Below, piece after piece: positions 43,582 to 54,366 of a stretch of DNA of 64,000 nt; within the stretch, counting starts at the first letter, position 1; every line of letters begins with the position of its first letter. Under the pieces are notes generated by a model that saw only the letters and a program-made list of their open reading frames with translations, was not told the origin of the DNA and made no database searches. Source of the DNA: a candidate division FCPU426 bacterium (GTDB lineage: Bacteria; Oederibacteriota; JAAXVQ01; JAUVAV01); the NCBI GenBank assembly GCA_040756875.1, contig JBFLYH010000001.1:256001-320000 (forward strand), given 5' to 3'. Both the position numbers and the translations under genes were made by a program.

Positions 43582-46338
43582 ATGGAATCCTTACTCAACC
43601 GGCATTGGCACCATCTACCGGCCGAAGAAATCATCCAATTACTGAAGTCCTCGCCCTCCCGTGGTTTATCCGCTTTCGAGGTCAAACACCGCCAAACGCA
43701 TTTCGGGCCCAATGCCATCACGGCCCAGAAAGCCATGAGTCCCTTCAAACGATTCTTGCTGCAGTTTCACAACCCGCTGATTTATATCCTGCTCGCTTCG
43801 GCCCTGGTCACCGCGCTGCTGGCCGAGTGGGTGGATTTTTCCGTCATTTTCGGCGTGGTGCTGATCAATGCCGTCGTCGGCTATTTGCAGGAAGCCAAGG
43901 CCGAGCATTCCCTGGAATCCTTGCGAAAGTCCGTGACCACTATCGCCACGGTCACGCGGGATGGGGAGCAAATCAAAGTGCCTTCCATGGAATTGGTCCC
44001 CGGCGATCTGGTTTGGCTGGAATCCGGGGATAAAGTCCCGGCTGACCTGCGCCTGCTTAAAACCCGGGAGTTGCGCGTCGATGAGTCTCCGCTGACCGGC
44101 GAATCGCTGCCTGTGGAGAAAGCGCCGGTGTCCCTCCCGCAAGACACCGTGCTGGCGGACCGCGCCAACATGGCCTACTCCGGCACCCTGGTGGCCACGG
44201 GGCGCGGCCACGGCCTGGTGGTCAGCATCGGTGACAACACGGAAACCGGCCGCATCTCCGGGTTGATCGCCGCGGCGGTCAACCTGCAAACGCCGCTGAC
44301 GAAAAAGATCGCTAAATTCAGCCGCACCCTGCTGTGGGTCATTCTGGCGTTGGGCGTCCTCACCTTTGCCGTGGGTTTGTTCCGGCACCAGCCGGTGTTC
44401 GATATGTTCATGGCCACGGTCGCTTTAGTGGTGGGCGCCATTCCCGAAGGGCTGCCGGCCGCAGTCACCATCGTGCTAGCGATCGGTGTGAACCGCATGG
44501 CCAAGCGCAAGGCCATTATCCGCAAACTACCGGCCGTGGAAACCCTGGGCAGCACCACGGTGATCTGTTCGGATAAGACCGGCACCCTGACCGAGAACCA
44601 GATGACCGTGCAGGAAATCATGGCTGGCGGCCGGGTATACGAGGTCAGCGGCAGCGGCTACGCGCCTGCGGGCGAGGTGGCGCTTAAAGGGGGCAGCGGC
44701 GCGGTGGACCTGACCCGGCATCCGGCGCTCAAGGAATGTCTGCTGGCCGGCCTGCTATGCAACGATTCCAAGCTCCGGCAGGAGAATGGCGCATGGAAGG
44801 TCCAGGGCGACCCTACGGAAGCCGCGCTGCTGGTATCGGCGAGCAAAGCCGGTCTCGATCCCGAAACCGTCAGGGCCGGCCTGCCGCGCCTGGACGCCAT
44901 ACCCTTTGAATCTGACCGGCAATACATGGCCACGCTGCATGACACCGGGCCGAACCACCCCAATCCGGTCTACGTGAAAGGATCCGTGGAAAAAATCCTA
45001 CAACGTTCGGTGGCCATGCTGGGTCCGGACGGTTCGCCGCGGCCGCTCGACCACGCGCAGGTGCTGGAAGCCGCTGAAAACATGGCCAGGAACGGCTGGC
45101 GAGTGCTCGCCATGGCCAGCAAGCAAATGGGTCATTTACACAGTACGCTCGAGTGTTCCGAGGAATCCGGCCATACGCCCGGGAAGATGACCTGCGGCGA
45201 TGTCGCCTCCGAGCTGACCTTTGTGGGCCTCCAAGGCATGATCGATCCGCCCCGCGCTGAAGCCGTACGAGCCGTGGCCGCCTGCGCCCAGGCGGGGATC
45301 CAGGTCAAGATGATCACCGGTGACCATGCGGCCACAGCCACGGCGATTGCCGCCCAACTGGGCCTCAAAGGACCGGAGGCGGCGCTCTTGGCCATTACCG
45401 GCCAGGCCCTGGAAGGTTTATCGGACAAGGAATTGGTGGAAACTGCGCGTAGAACGTCGGTCTTCGCGCGGGTTGCGCCCGAGCAGAAACTGAAACTGGT
45501 GGAGGCGCTGCAATCCCTGGGACACGTGGTGGCCATGACCGGAGACGGTGTGAACGACGCGCCGGCCCTCAAGCAGGCGGACATCGGCGTAGCTATGGGC
45601 TTGGGCGGAACCGAAGTGGCCAAAGAAGCGGCGGACATGGTACTGACCGACGATAATTTCGCTACCATTGAAGCTGCGGTGGAAGAGGGGCGGGGAGTGT
45701 TCGACAACTTGACCAAGTTCATCGTCTGGACCCTACCCACCAACTTGGGCGAGGGCCTGGTCATTTTAGCTGCCATTTTGTTCGGCACCGCCCTGCCGAT
45801 CTTGCCGGTGCAGATCCTGTGGGTGAATATGACCACGGCCCTGCTGCTGGGTTTGATGCTGGCCTTCGAACCCAAGGAACCGGGGCTTATGTTGAGGCCG
45901 CCGCGTGAAACCAACCAACCGATCCTGACCCGGGTCCTGATCTTCCGGATTTTACTTGTAGCCGGCGTCATGCTGCTGGGCGGGTTCGCTCTGTTTAAGG
46001 CGGAGCTGATAGCCGGCGGTACGCTGGACCAGGCGCGCACCGTAGCGGTGAATATTTTCGTTATGGTGGAAACGTTTTACCTTTTCAACTGCCGATCATT
46101 GGACAAATCCATGTTCCGCCTGGGTGTGTTTTCGAATCCGCTGCTTTTGGCCGGTGTAGGAATCATGGCGTTGCTGCAGATGCTTTTCACCTATTGGTCG
46201 CCCCTGCAGACGGCCTTTTCCACTTCCGCGATCGGCATAAGAGAATGGGGCTGGATCCTCGCTTTTGCGTTGGCTGCCTATCTGATGGTCGGGCTGGAGA
46301 AGTGGCTGCGTTTCCGGCGTCGGTCGACAGCCCGCTGA
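43582..46338 (+). CDS. Cation-transporting P-type ATPase, type IIA (Ca2+-ATPase-like)
   Basis: TGES, IPEGL, CSDKTGTLT, MITGD, MTGDGVNDAPAL; AAGGAGG RBS. Confidence 0.95.
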   Translation: MESLLNRHWHHLPAEEIIQLLKSSPSRGLSAFEVKHRQTHFGPNAITAQKAMSPFKRFLLQFHNPLIYILLASALVTALLAEWVDFSVIFGVVLINAVVGYLQEAKAEHSLESLRKSVTTIATVTRDGEQIKVPSMELVPGDLVWLESGDKVPADLRLLKTRELRVDESPLTGESLPVEKAPVSLPQDTVLADRANMAYSGTLVATGRGHGLVVSIGDNTETGRISGLIAAAVNLQTPLTKKIAKFSRTLLWVILALGVLTFAVGLFRHQPVFDMFMATVALVVGAIPEGLPAAVTIVLAIGVNRMAKRKAIIRKLPAVETLGSTTVICSDKTGTLTENQMTVQEIMAGGRVYEVSGSGYAPAGEVALKGGSGAVDLTRHPALKECLLAGLLCNDSKLRQENGAWKVQGDPTEAALLVSASKAGLDPETVRAGLPRLDAIPFESDRQYMATLHDTGPNHPNPVYVKGSVEKILQRSVAMLGPDGSPRPLDHAQVLEAAENMARNGWRVLAMASKQMGHLHSTLECSEESGHTPGKMTCGDVASELTFVGLQGMIDPPRAEAVRAVAACAQAGIQVKMITGDHAATATAIAAQLGLKGPEAALLAITGQALEGLSDKELVETARRTSVFARVAPEQKLKLVEALQSLGHVVAMTGDGVNDAPALKQADIGVAMGLGGTEVAKEAADMVLTDDNFATIEAAVEEGRGVFDNLTKFIVWTLPTNLGEGLVILAAILFGTALPILPVQILWVNMTTALLLGLMLAFEPKEPGLMLRPPRETNQPILTRVLIFRILLVAGVMLLGGFALFKAELIAGGTLDQARTVAVNIFVMVETFYLFNCRSLDKSMFRLGVFSNPLLLAGVGIMALLQMLFTYWSPLQTAFSTSAIGIREWGWILAFALAAYLMVGLEKWLRFRRRSTAR

Positions 46339-47666
46339 TGTCTTCCGCTGCCGCCTCTTCTCCGCGGGGCTTTCCCCCGGAGTTCGTATGGGGAACCGCC
46401 ACTTCGGCTTTTCAGATCGAAGGCTCGCCCGCGGCGGACGGCAAGGGGCCTTCCATCTGGGACGAATTCTGCCGCCGGCCCGGCGCGATCCGGGACCGGA
46501 CGAACGCGGATGCCGCCTGCGACCACTACCGCCGCATGCCGGAGGACGTGGACCTGCTGGCTTCTTTAGGCGTGAAGGCTTACCGGTTTTCCATTTCCTG
46601 GCCACGCTTGTTTCCTGAAGGCAGGGGAACGCTTAATTCCGCGGGACTGGATTTTTACCGCCGCTTGACGGACGCGCTGCTCAGCCGGGGAATCGAACCC
46701 TGGGCCACGCTGTATCATTGGGACCTGCCGGCCGCGCTGGAACGCGAGGGCGGATGGGGCAAGCGCCGGACCGCGGAATATTTTGCCGAATACGCCCACG
46801 CCGCGGCCAGGGCCCTGGGAGACCGCGTCCGGTACTGGATGCCTGTCAACGAACCCGGCGTGGTCATGGCCTTGGGTTACGTCCTCGGCGGCCATGCCCC
46901 GGGCCGGCGTTCGCCTGTCCTGGCTTTGAAAGTCATGCACCATTTGTTGCTCGCCCACGGCCTGGCTACGCAGGCGGTCCGCGCCGCGGCGCCTTCGGTG
47001 CGCGTCGGCCCGGTCATCAACTTCAGCCCAGTGTACGACCGGACCGGCCGCCGGTTCGTCAGCCGCGGCTGGCGGCACGCGCTGGCCAACCGCCTGTTTC
47101 TCGACCCCGTGGGCCGGGGCCGCTATCCGCTCGGCTTGGGCATCCCGCTGCGGGCCATGGGCTGCTGCCGGCCGGGCGACATGCAGGTCATCGCCCAACC
47201 GCTGGATTTCATCGGCGTCAATTACTACTCGCGGCAGCAGGGGTGGGGCCGCCGGCCCGGCCCCCGGACCGCCATGGGCTGGGAAATATTTCCGCAGGGC
47301 CTGTACGACCTTCTCTGCTGGCTGCACCAGGCCCTTCCGGCCTTGCCCTTGGTGGTGACTGAAAACGGCGCCGCTTTTGACGACCAGGTGGAGAACAGTG
47401 CGGTTCACGACCCGGAGCGCCGGGAATACCTGCGGGCCCATCTGCAATCCGTGCGGCAGGCGCTGGACCGGGGCGTTCCGGTGCAGGGATACTTCTGCTG
47501 GTCTTTTTTAGACAACTTCGAGTGGGCCGAGGGCCTGAGCCGGCGCTTCGGGCTGGTGTACGTGGATTACGCGGATCAGCGGCGGATCGTCAAGGACAGC
47601 GGACGCTGGTTCGGCCGGGTCTGCCGGGAAGGGCTCATTCCGGACGAAAGTGGGGAACCCGCGTGA
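46338..47666 (+). CDS. Glycoside hydrolase family 1 beta-glucosidase
   Basis: FVWGTATSAFQIEG, TLYHWD, NEP, TENG, DNFEWAEG. Confidence 0.93.
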   Translation: MSSAAASSPRGFPPEFVWGTATSAFQIEGSPAADGKGPSIWDEFCRRPGAIRDRTNADAACDHYRRMPEDVDLLASLGVKAYRFSISWPRLFPEGRGTLNSAGLDFYRRLTDALLSRGIEPWATLYHWDLPAALEREGGWGKRRTAEYFAEYAHAAARALGDRVRYWMPVNEPGVVMALGYVLGGHAPGRRSPVLALKVMHHLLLAHGLATQAVRAAAPSVRVGPVINFSPVYDRTGRRFVSRGWRHALANRLFLDPVGRGRYPLGLGIPLRAMGCCRPGDMQVIAQPLDFIGVNYYSRQQGWGRRPGPRTAMGWEIFPQGLYDLLCWLHQALPALPLVVTENGAAFDDQVENSAVHDPERREYLRAHLQSVRQALDRGVPVQGYFCWSFLDNFEWAEGLSRRFGLVYVDYADQRRIVKDSGRWFGRVCREGLIPDESGEPA

Positions 47667-48766
47667 GCATCGCCGTCATCATCGCCGTTTATCTGCACCC
47701 CCGCCGCGTCGCGGACATGATCCGGGCCCTGCTGCGGGACGCCTACCCGGACAAGGAAATCATCGCGGCCGTGGACGGCGAGTCCACGCCGGAGATCGAA
47801 GCCAGCCTCGCAGCCTTTGCCGGCCAGATCACCGTGCTTTACAACCACGAACACCTGGGAAAAGCCGCCACGCTCAACCGGGTGGCAGCGGCGGCGAAGT
47901 CGGACGTGCTGCTGTTTTTGGACAACGACGTGTTGCTGGGGGACAATCCGGGGTTTTTAAGCAAGCTGGCAGGGGACATGGAAAAGTTCGACCTGGCGGA
48001 AATTCCCAAGGAGGCGCGGGCGACCTCCTGGATTTCGGCCATGATGGAATTCGAATTTTTGGATTACGCCATCGTCACCTGGCTCTTTTCGCACCTGACC
48101 GGGCACTGCCCGGCCATGAACGGCGCGGCCTTTGCCGTGCGGCGGGAGTGGTTCAGCCGCCTCCAGGGATTCAGGCCGGTGGTGAACGAGGACATGGATT
48201 TCGCGGCCCGGGCCTTTCGGCTGCACGCCCGCTTCGGGTTCAATCCCCGCTTGAAGGTCGGCAACGAGGTCCCGACCGAGATCAACGGCTGGCTGAGGCA
48301 GCGCAAACGCTGGGCGCTGAACAACATCCTGTGGCTGCAGGAAAATTTCATCAATCTGCTGACGCGCAGCCTGCGTTCCCCCCGCCTGCTGCTGCCCTTG
48401 CTGGCGTTTTTCGCCCCGTTTTTCGCGATCATGCTCGCGTTTGTGGTTTTCCGCAGCGCGCACCTGACCGTGTTGCTGCCCAGCTTGTTCATGCTGTCCC
48501 AGCATTTTCACGGTTTGGCGGGTATTTTTCTCGGCGTCACCCACTATCACCTCATCATCGCCGACGGCCTGCTGCCCACGGCCCTGGCCCTGGCACTGTC
48601 CTGGGCGTTTCACTTTGCATTCGCGCGCATCCTGAAATATCCCTTCAAACCCCTGTTATTTCTGGTGTATTACTTCCTGTATGCGCCGGTGTGGATGCTG
48701 GCCAACCTGGTCATCTGGGCCCAGCTTGTTTTGCACGGCCGGGTGCAAACGGAGTGGAAGGTTTAA
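47663..48766 (+). CDS. GT2 glycosyltransferase with C-terminal TM segments
   Basis: GTGA overlap; GKAATLN, FLDND, NED, QRKRW. Confidence 0.88.
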   Translation: MSIAVIIAVYLHPRRVADMIRALLRDAYPDKEIIAAVDGESTPEIEASLAAFAGQITVLYNHEHLGKAATLNRVAAAAKSDVLLFLDNDVLLGDNPGFLSKLAGDMEKFDLAEIPKEARATSWISAMMEFEFLDYAIVTWLFSHLTGHCPAMNGAAFAVRREWFSRLQGFRPVVNEDMDFAARAFRLHARFGFNPRLKVGNEVPTEINGWLRQRKRWALNNILWLQENFINLLTRSLRSPRLLLPLLAFFAPFFAIMLAFVVFRSAHLTVLLPSLFMLSQHFHGLAGIFLGVTHYHLIIADGLLPTALALALSWAFHFAFARILKYPFKPLLFLVYYFLYAPVWMLANLVIWAQLVLHGRVQTEWKV

Positions 48767-49563
48767 CCGGAACAACGCCGGTGGGCGCGCGAGAAAACGT
48801 GGATCTGGGACGGGGTGAAGCGGCCGCCCCGGAACACCCGGGTTTCGATCAGAAAGTGCTTGGCTTTAAGGCGGATCACGTTGTATGAATGCGGCCGGCT
48901 GAAGGTGCGGCGGGAAATCGCGGTGCCGGCCTGGGCCATGACCATGGGTCGCTCCAGCCAGGGGTAAAATTCCTGCAAATTATCCACCAGCAAACGATGG
49001 GTATGTCCGACCAGCACCAGGTCCACCCGGCAGCCGGACAGTATTTCCACGGCGGCTTTGCGGTGAAAGACCAGGTCGCGTGGGAAATGGCGGGGGTGGG
49101 GCATGAAGGGGTGGTGCGACATGAAGATGCGGAACCGTTGGTCGCTGCGCCCGCAAAAAAACTTCTGCATCTGTTCCAGCTGCCGCTCGGAGAGCTGGCC
49201 GCGGCGCCAGCGGAACCGCCGCGTGGAATTCAGTCCCAGCACCAGCATCTCCTTGTCCTTGAAGTCCGATTCAGCATCCTTGGGGAAATAGGAGTGATAG
49301 GCGGCCAGGGGATTAATGAAACGGCGGTAAAGGTTGAACAGGGGCACGTCGTGGTTGCCCGGCACCACTAGCTTGGGCGCGGGAAAGCGGTTGAGGAATT
49401 CGGCCGCGCGCGCAAACTGGCTCTTGCGGGCGCGCTGGGTCAGGTCGCCGCTGACCAGCAGCAGGTCGGGCTTGACCCGCAGCAGGTCATGGGCCAGGGC
49501 CTCGACCACCTCCGGCACTTCCGTGCCAAAATGAAGATCGGATAAATGGGCGATACGTCGCAT
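48763..49563 (-). CDS. Calcineurin-like metallophosphoesterase (CpdA/Icc-like)
   Basis: SDLHFG, SGDLT, PGNHD, HH, GHTH. Confidence 0.9.
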   Translation of the reverse strand: MRRIAHLSDLHFGTEVPEVVEALAHDLLRVKPDLLLVSGDLTQRARKSQFARAAEFLNRFPAPKLVVPGNHDVPLFNLYRRFINPLAAYHSYFPKDAESDFKDKEMLVLGLNSTRRFRWRRGQLSERQLEQMQKFFCGRSDQRFRIFMSHHPFMPHPRHFPRDLVFHRKAAVEILSGCRVDLVLVGHTHRLLVDNLQEFYPWLERPMVMAQAGTAISRRTFSRPHSYNVIRLKAKHFLIETRVFRGGRFTPSQIHVFSRAHRRCSG

Positions 49564-49576
49564 AAGCGTCGGGTTC

Positions 49577-49605
49577 ATTATACGTCCGTCCGGGCCGGAG
49601 CGCAA
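49577..49605 (-). promoter_or_regulatory. Sigma70-type promoter for metallophosphoesterase
   Basis: Minus strand TTGCGC-N17-TATAAT. Confidence 0.55.
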
Positions 49606-49663
49606 TGCCGGGAACAAGAAGGGAATTGGTTTTTCCCCGGCGTCACGATACAATATTATTATC

Positions 49664-52534
49664 ATGACGGTTTCCAGCTGGGCAAAGACCGGATGGATGG
49701 GTTTGCTGGCCGCCTGTTTCGCCGGCTGGGCGGCAAGCGCGGGAGCCACGACCTTCTATGTGGATTCCGTGGCCGGCAATGACGGCAACAGCGGCACGGA
49801 CAGCGGCGCGCCGTGGAAAACACTCTACCAAATCGAGATAGTCACTTTTCAAGCCGGCGACCGCATCCTGCTCAAACGCGGCTCTGTCTGGCGGGAATAC
49901 CTGGATATCCGCAGCTCCGGCGCAGCGGGGAATCCCGTGGTTTTCGGGGCCTACGGTTCGGGCAGCCTGCCGGTCATTTCCGGCGCCAACACGCTCTCCG
50001 CCTCCACCCACGAGTGGCGGTTGTCCACTGGCGGAACCAATGAGTACTACCTGACCGCCCTCGGCGGCGCCAACCCCGGCCTGTCCCAGGTCCGCCTGCT
50101 CTGGCGCAACCAGATCTCCCAACCCCGGGGCACTCTGGGCTCACTGCAAAACAACCAGTGGAATTGGGGCAACAACGATGCCCTGGGGTTCAACACCCTG
50201 TACTGGCGCCGCGATACCGGCACGCCGGGTTTTGCGGGCGATTGGGAGGCAGGCGCCCGATACCGGCCGGTGGATCTCTACCAGGTTTCCTACGTGGACA
50301 TCGAGGATTGGGAAATCCGACAGGCCAACGGCGAATGGGGCGGATGCCTGGGCATCGGCGAGTCGGATCATGTCAATGTGAGGCGCTGTCTGTTGCGCGA
50401 AGGCCATGATACCGTCGTATTGGTGTACCACATGTCCGGCCGGCCCTTGTGCACGAATTTTATTTTTGAAGACAATACAATATCCGGAGCGCGCAATCAC
50501 GACGGCCCGTCCGGCATTCTGTTCCTCTTGGACGCGTCCAACTGCATTGTCCGGCGCAATGCGCTTTCGGAGACCACGTACACCCTGTTGAATGTGGAAG
50601 GCGATGGCGGCGGACACCTGATCGAGGACAACGAGTTTTCGGGGTCGGACAAAGCCCTGCTGACCATCGATGAGGTCCTGGGGGGCAACAACGTCGTCCG
50701 CTACAACCGGCTCCACGGGGTGTCCGGACCGGGGAGCTGGACCGGGATTTATCTGGGCGATTCGTCCGGCAACACCCTTCATTCCAACCTGATCTACGAC
50801 ATTGATGGATACCATGCATTGCAAGTCGAGGGAATCACGACTACGCCCGCCGCCAACTGGATATACAACAACACCCTGGCTTTGACTGCGGCCAATGTGG
50901 CCGGGATACAATGCGGAGGAACCGTGGGCGGCCTGGAGATCAAAAACAACGTGATCGTGGTCGGCGGCAACGCCCAGGCCCTGATCGTGGAGGCGGTCAG
51001 CACGGCCGGCGTCGTTTCCGATCACAATCTCATGCGCAATACCTTCGGCGCCCTGGTTGCCTGGGCGGGCATTTCCTATCCGCTGGCGTCCTTCGCCGCC
51101 TATCAGGCCGCGTCAGGCCAGGATGCGCATTCCCTGACCTCGGATCCGCTTTTTCAAAACGCCACGGCCTACGATTTCCACCTCCAGACCGGTTCGCCGG
51201 CCATCAACGCCGGAACCGGCGTGGGTTTGACGCGCGATTTCGACGGCGTGAGCGTGCCCATGGACGGCCTGCCGGACATGGGCGCCTATGAGGCGGTGCC
51301 AACGGCGCGGGCGCTGTCCTTGCAATGGGTGTCAGCGCCCTTTGCCCTGGTTTTCAACCAGACCCAAAACAATTTTGCTGGGCAGATCGACTGCCAGATC
51401 CTGGATCATGACCAATTGCAGAGCCTGCGCGTGCAGAATCTCGGCACGGCCCGCGCCGGCGAAAGCATCAGCCGCCTGCGCTTGTGGCGCCGGGCGAACG
51501 GCGCGCAGTCCGGAACCGTGACGTTTGATCCCCTGCAGTGTCAGCCGCTGGGCGATTTGGCCGCCACGGCGGACCGGACCTGGGACTTGACGCTCAACCA
51601 GACCCTGCTGCCGGCGGACGCGCTGTACCTGACCGTGGACCTGGCGGCCGGGGCCCAAGCCGGACAGACCATCCGCCTGTCCCTGCCTGCCGGCGGCGCG
51701 GTTTTCGCCTACAGCACGCCCCTGATGGCCTCGGCCATCAGTGCGGCCAATGACCTGATGATCCAGCGCCAGCAGATGACCACGCTGGCGGTTTGCTCCC
51801 GTCTGCTGCGCAATGTCGCCGTCGGCCAGCGCGGCCTGGACCTGGGCGACGTCGTGGTGGCCAATGTCAGCGGCCAGACCCTGGCCCTGACTTCGCTGCG
51901 ACTGGCGTTGCAGGACGGCGCCGGCCGCAGCCTGGCGCCCGGCCAGGCGGGAGAACGCTGGTGGCTGGAACAGGGCGGTGCCGCGGTTTCAACGCTCCTG
52001 CCGCCGTTTTCTGGCGGCCTGCTGTTCACGTTTTCGCCCGCCGTCACCCTGTCCGACCAGGCGCAGGCCGTGTTGACGCTGAAAATGGATGTCAGCGCCC
52101 AGCCTGAAACCCGCAGGTTCCAGGTTTCGGTGCCGGACGCCCAAACGCTCAACTGGGGCCAGGTTTCAACCGCTCCGGCTTCGGGTGCAGGCTTTCCGCT
52201 TGCGTTCGACGCCGCCAATCTGCTGGCGCCCGAACTGTCCTCCTCTTTCCACATCTACCCCAATCCCGTCCGGCCCGCTGCGTCGCCGGCCAGGATCGTG
52301 TATTATCTGGAGCAGAGCGCCCGCGTGCAGCTGACGGTCATGACCCTGGACGGCAGGCGGGTTTACAGGCTGGGGTGGCGGCAGCAAGGTCCCGGCATGC
52401 AGGAAGGCGCTTGGGACGGGCGCAACGAAAACGGGTTGCAGGTCCGCAGCGGAGTCTATGTCCTGAAACTGGAAGCGCAATACGCAGGCGGAAAGCGGGA
52501 AACGCTCACGCGCAGGCTGGCCGTGGCGCATTGA
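49664..52534 (+). CDS. Secreted right-handed beta-helix protein with FlgD-Ig/CTD-like C-terminus
   Basis: TFYVDSVAGND..PWKT..GDRILLKRGS; DFHLQTGSPAINAG..DMGAYE; YPNP..WDGRNENG..SGVY. Confidence 0.85.
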   Translation: MTVSSWAKTGWMGLLAACFAGWAASAGATTFYVDSVAGNDGNSGTDSGAPWKTLYQIEIVTFQAGDRILLKRGSVWREYLDIRSSGAAGNPVVFGAYGSGSLPVISGANTLSASTHEWRLSTGGTNEYYLTALGGANPGLSQVRLLWRNQISQPRGTLGSLQNNQWNWGNNDALGFNTLYWRRDTGTPGFAGDWEAGARYRPVDLYQVSYVDIEDWEIRQANGEWGGCLGIGESDHVNVRRCLLREGHDTVVLVYHMSGRPLCTNFIFEDNTISGARNHDGPSGILFLLDASNCIVRRNALSETTYTLLNVEGDGGGHLIEDNEFSGSDKALLTIDEVLGGNNVVRYNRLHGVSGPGSWTGIYLGDSSGNTLHSNLIYDIDGYHALQVEGITTTPAANWIYNNTLALTAANVAGIQCGGTVGGLEIKNNVIVVGGNAQALIVEAVSTAGVVSDHNLMRNTFGALVAWAGISYPLASFAAYQAASGQDAHSLTSDPLFQNATAYDFHLQTGSPAINAGTGVGLTRDFDGVSVPMDGLPDMGAYEAVPTARALSLQWVSAPFALVFNQTQNNFAGQIDCQILDHDQLQSLRVQNLGTARAGESISRLRLWRRANGAQSGTVTFDPLQCQPLGDLAATADRTWDLTLNQTLLPADALYLTVDLAAGAQAGQTIRLSLPAGGAVFAYSTPLMASAISAANDLMIQRQQMTTLAVCSRLLRNVAVGQRGLDLGDVVVANVSGQTLALTSLRLALQDGAGRSLAPGQAGERWWLEQGGAAVSTLLPPFSGGLLFTFSPAVTLSDQAQAVLTLKMDVSAQPETRRFQVSVPDAQTLNWGQVSTAPASGAGFPLAFDAANLLAPELSSSFHIYPNPVRPAASPARIVYYLEQSARVQLTVMTLDGRRVYRLGWRQQGPGMQEGAWDGRNENGLQVRSGVYVLKLEAQYAGGKRETLTRRLAVAH

Positions 52535-52541
52535 CGGGGAA

Positions 52542-53624
52542 TTACATCGGCACCAGGAAAGTAAGTTCGGCGTGGCAGTCCCAAAAGCATTCTTTGCAGT
52601 TCAAAGCCTCCAGCCGGTCCTGCCGCCATTTCGGGCTGTTCCACAGCTGTTTCAGGCTCTTGCCCTTCGGGTCCCATTGAAATAAAAAACGGGCTGTGTT
52701 CATGTAGGGGATGCAGCGGTAGATCTTGAAATCCGCGCCCATGACCAGATGGGTGTAGCCCGCGTTGCAGCGTTCGGGCATGACCCCGCCGGTCATGACG
52801 TGGTAGAACCCCCGGAGGTATGAGGAGCTGTTTTCGAGGGGCAGGCCGTAGCGGTGCGACAGGGCGAGCAGGGTCTCGTACAGGTTGGGGCTGACTTTTT
52901 CCGAGCGGGCGAGGAAACTTTTGCCGTTTGCGATGTCGTGCAGGGGGATGAAACAAATCCGGTCCGCGCCCGAAGGCGCGACTTTTTGGAACAGGACGTC
53001 CAGGTCGTCCACGTTCAGGTCGCTGAGCGTGGTGACCGCGGTGATGCTGAATTTCTTCCCGCGCGCGTCGCGGGCCCGCGCCAGGGCGCCAATGCGGTCC
53101 AGCACCCGCGCCAGCACGCCCTTGCCCCCGCGCAGTTGGTCGTTGATTTCCTCCCGCCCGCTGTCAATGGACACGTTGACATTGTCGAAATCCACTTCCA
53201 GAAGATCGGCGATCCCGGCTTCGGTCAGGAGCATGAGGTTGCTGTTGAGCGTGACCGTATTGCGCGGGCTTTTGGCGTGTTGCAAAAGCTGCAAGGCGTC
53301 GGGCCGGGTCAGGGGCTCGCCGCCGCTGATGGCAATGCCGCCCAGGCCGAGCTCGTGCAGCTGGTCCAGCACCTGTTTCCAGGCGGCCGTGGGCTGGTTG
53401 TTGGGGTGGCTTTGGAAGCGGTGCGGCAGCACGCACATGGGGCAGCGCAGGTTGCAGTTTTCGGTCACGACCAGGCCGCAGGCCAGGGGCGGCGGGGAAT
53501 AGCCGGTTTTCAGGCGGCTTTCGATTTTCAGGAACAGATAGGTATAGGCTTTGTGCAGCAGCCAGAAAAAATCGAGGCGCTTCAGGCGCTCCCAGATCAC
53601 CGAGGCGTAGATTTTACGCTGCAT
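52542..53624 (-). CDS. Radical SAM protein with SPASM/Twitch-type domain
   Basis: CNLRCPMC, SGGEP, VSIDS, CNAG..YRC..CKECFWDC. Confidence 0.85.
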   Translation of the reverse strand: MQRKIYASVIWERLKRLDFFWLLHKAYTYLFLKIESRLKTGYSPPPLACGLVVTENCNLRCPMCVLPHRFQSHPNNQPTAAWKQVLDQLHELGLGGIAISGGEPLTRPDALQLLQHAKSPRNTVTLNSNLMLLTEAGIADLLEVDFDNVNVSIDSGREEINDQLRGGKGVLARVLDRIGALARARDARGKKFSITAVTTLSDLNVDDLDVLFQKVAPSGADRICFIPLHDIANGKSFLARSEKVSPNLYETLLALSHRYGLPLENSSSYLRGFYHVMTGGVMPERCNAGYTHLVMGADFKIYRCIPYMNTARFLFQWDPKGKSLKQLWNSPKWRQDRLEALNCKECFWDCHAELTFLVPM

Positions 53625-54363
53625 GCCGCTTCCCTGAGGCCGAGGGCAGCCAGGATTCAGGCAGGAACGTGATGCCCCACATGATATACCGCCAAAACCA
53701 GGGCACATAGGCTTCGACTGCTTTGGCCCTGATCGCGCGCCGGATGCCGCGGGCCACGGCCGCGGGCCGGGCGTAAAGGGGGTTTTTGGGCAGCGCCGCG
53801 GTCAGGGGCGTGTCTGTCAGGCCGGGCTTGATGGTCACGACCGCCACGCCGGCCGGACGCAGGCGCTGGCGCAGGCCCTGCAGGAACACGGTCACTCCGG
53901 CTTTGCAGGCCGCGTAAACGTACTGGTCGCGGCGGCCCCGGTCGCCGGCTACGGAGGTCAGCACGGCGATGGTGCCGCGCCCCTGTTGCTCGAACCAGGC
54001 CGCCAGACGCAGCAGCAGCAGGAGGGTGCCGGTGAAATTCGTTTCCACTTCAGGGGGCAGCAAATCGGGGTTCTTTTCAATGGGCCCGGGAAAGACCGGG
54101 GTCGCGTGGGCGATCAAGGCCACGTCCGCGCCGCCCAGGGCTTTGATCTTTTGCAGCAGCAGGGAATGGCGCTGCCGGCGGTTGACATCCAGGGGAAAAC
54201 AGACGGTTTTGGTTGCGCCCAGTTTCCGCAGTTCCGCGGCCAGGGCGGACAGTTTTTTCGGATCGCGGGCCGCGAGCAGGAAAGCGGCCCCTTCGCGGGC
54301 GTACAAGCGGGCGGTTTCCCGCGCCATGGCGGAAGTCGCGCCGATGATCAGGATTTTTTCCAC
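53614..54363 (-). CDS. Short-chain dehydrogenase/reductase (DprE2-like subgroup)
   Basis: IIGATSAMA, TSVAGDRGR, YAACK, IKPGLTDTP. Confidence 0.85.
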   Translation of the reverse strand: MEKILIIGATSAMARETARLYAREGAAFLLAARDPKKLSALAAELRKLGATKTVCFPLDVNRRQRHSLLLQKIKALGGADVALIAHATPVFPGPIEKNPDLLPPEVETNFTGTLLLLLRLAAWFEQQGRGTIAVLTSVAGDRGRRDQYVYAACKAGVTVFLQGLRQRLRPAGVAVVTIKPGLTDTPLTAALPKNPLYARPAAVARGIRRAIRAKAVEAYVPWFWRYIMWGITFLPESWLPSASGKRHAA

Positions 54364-54366
54364 GGG

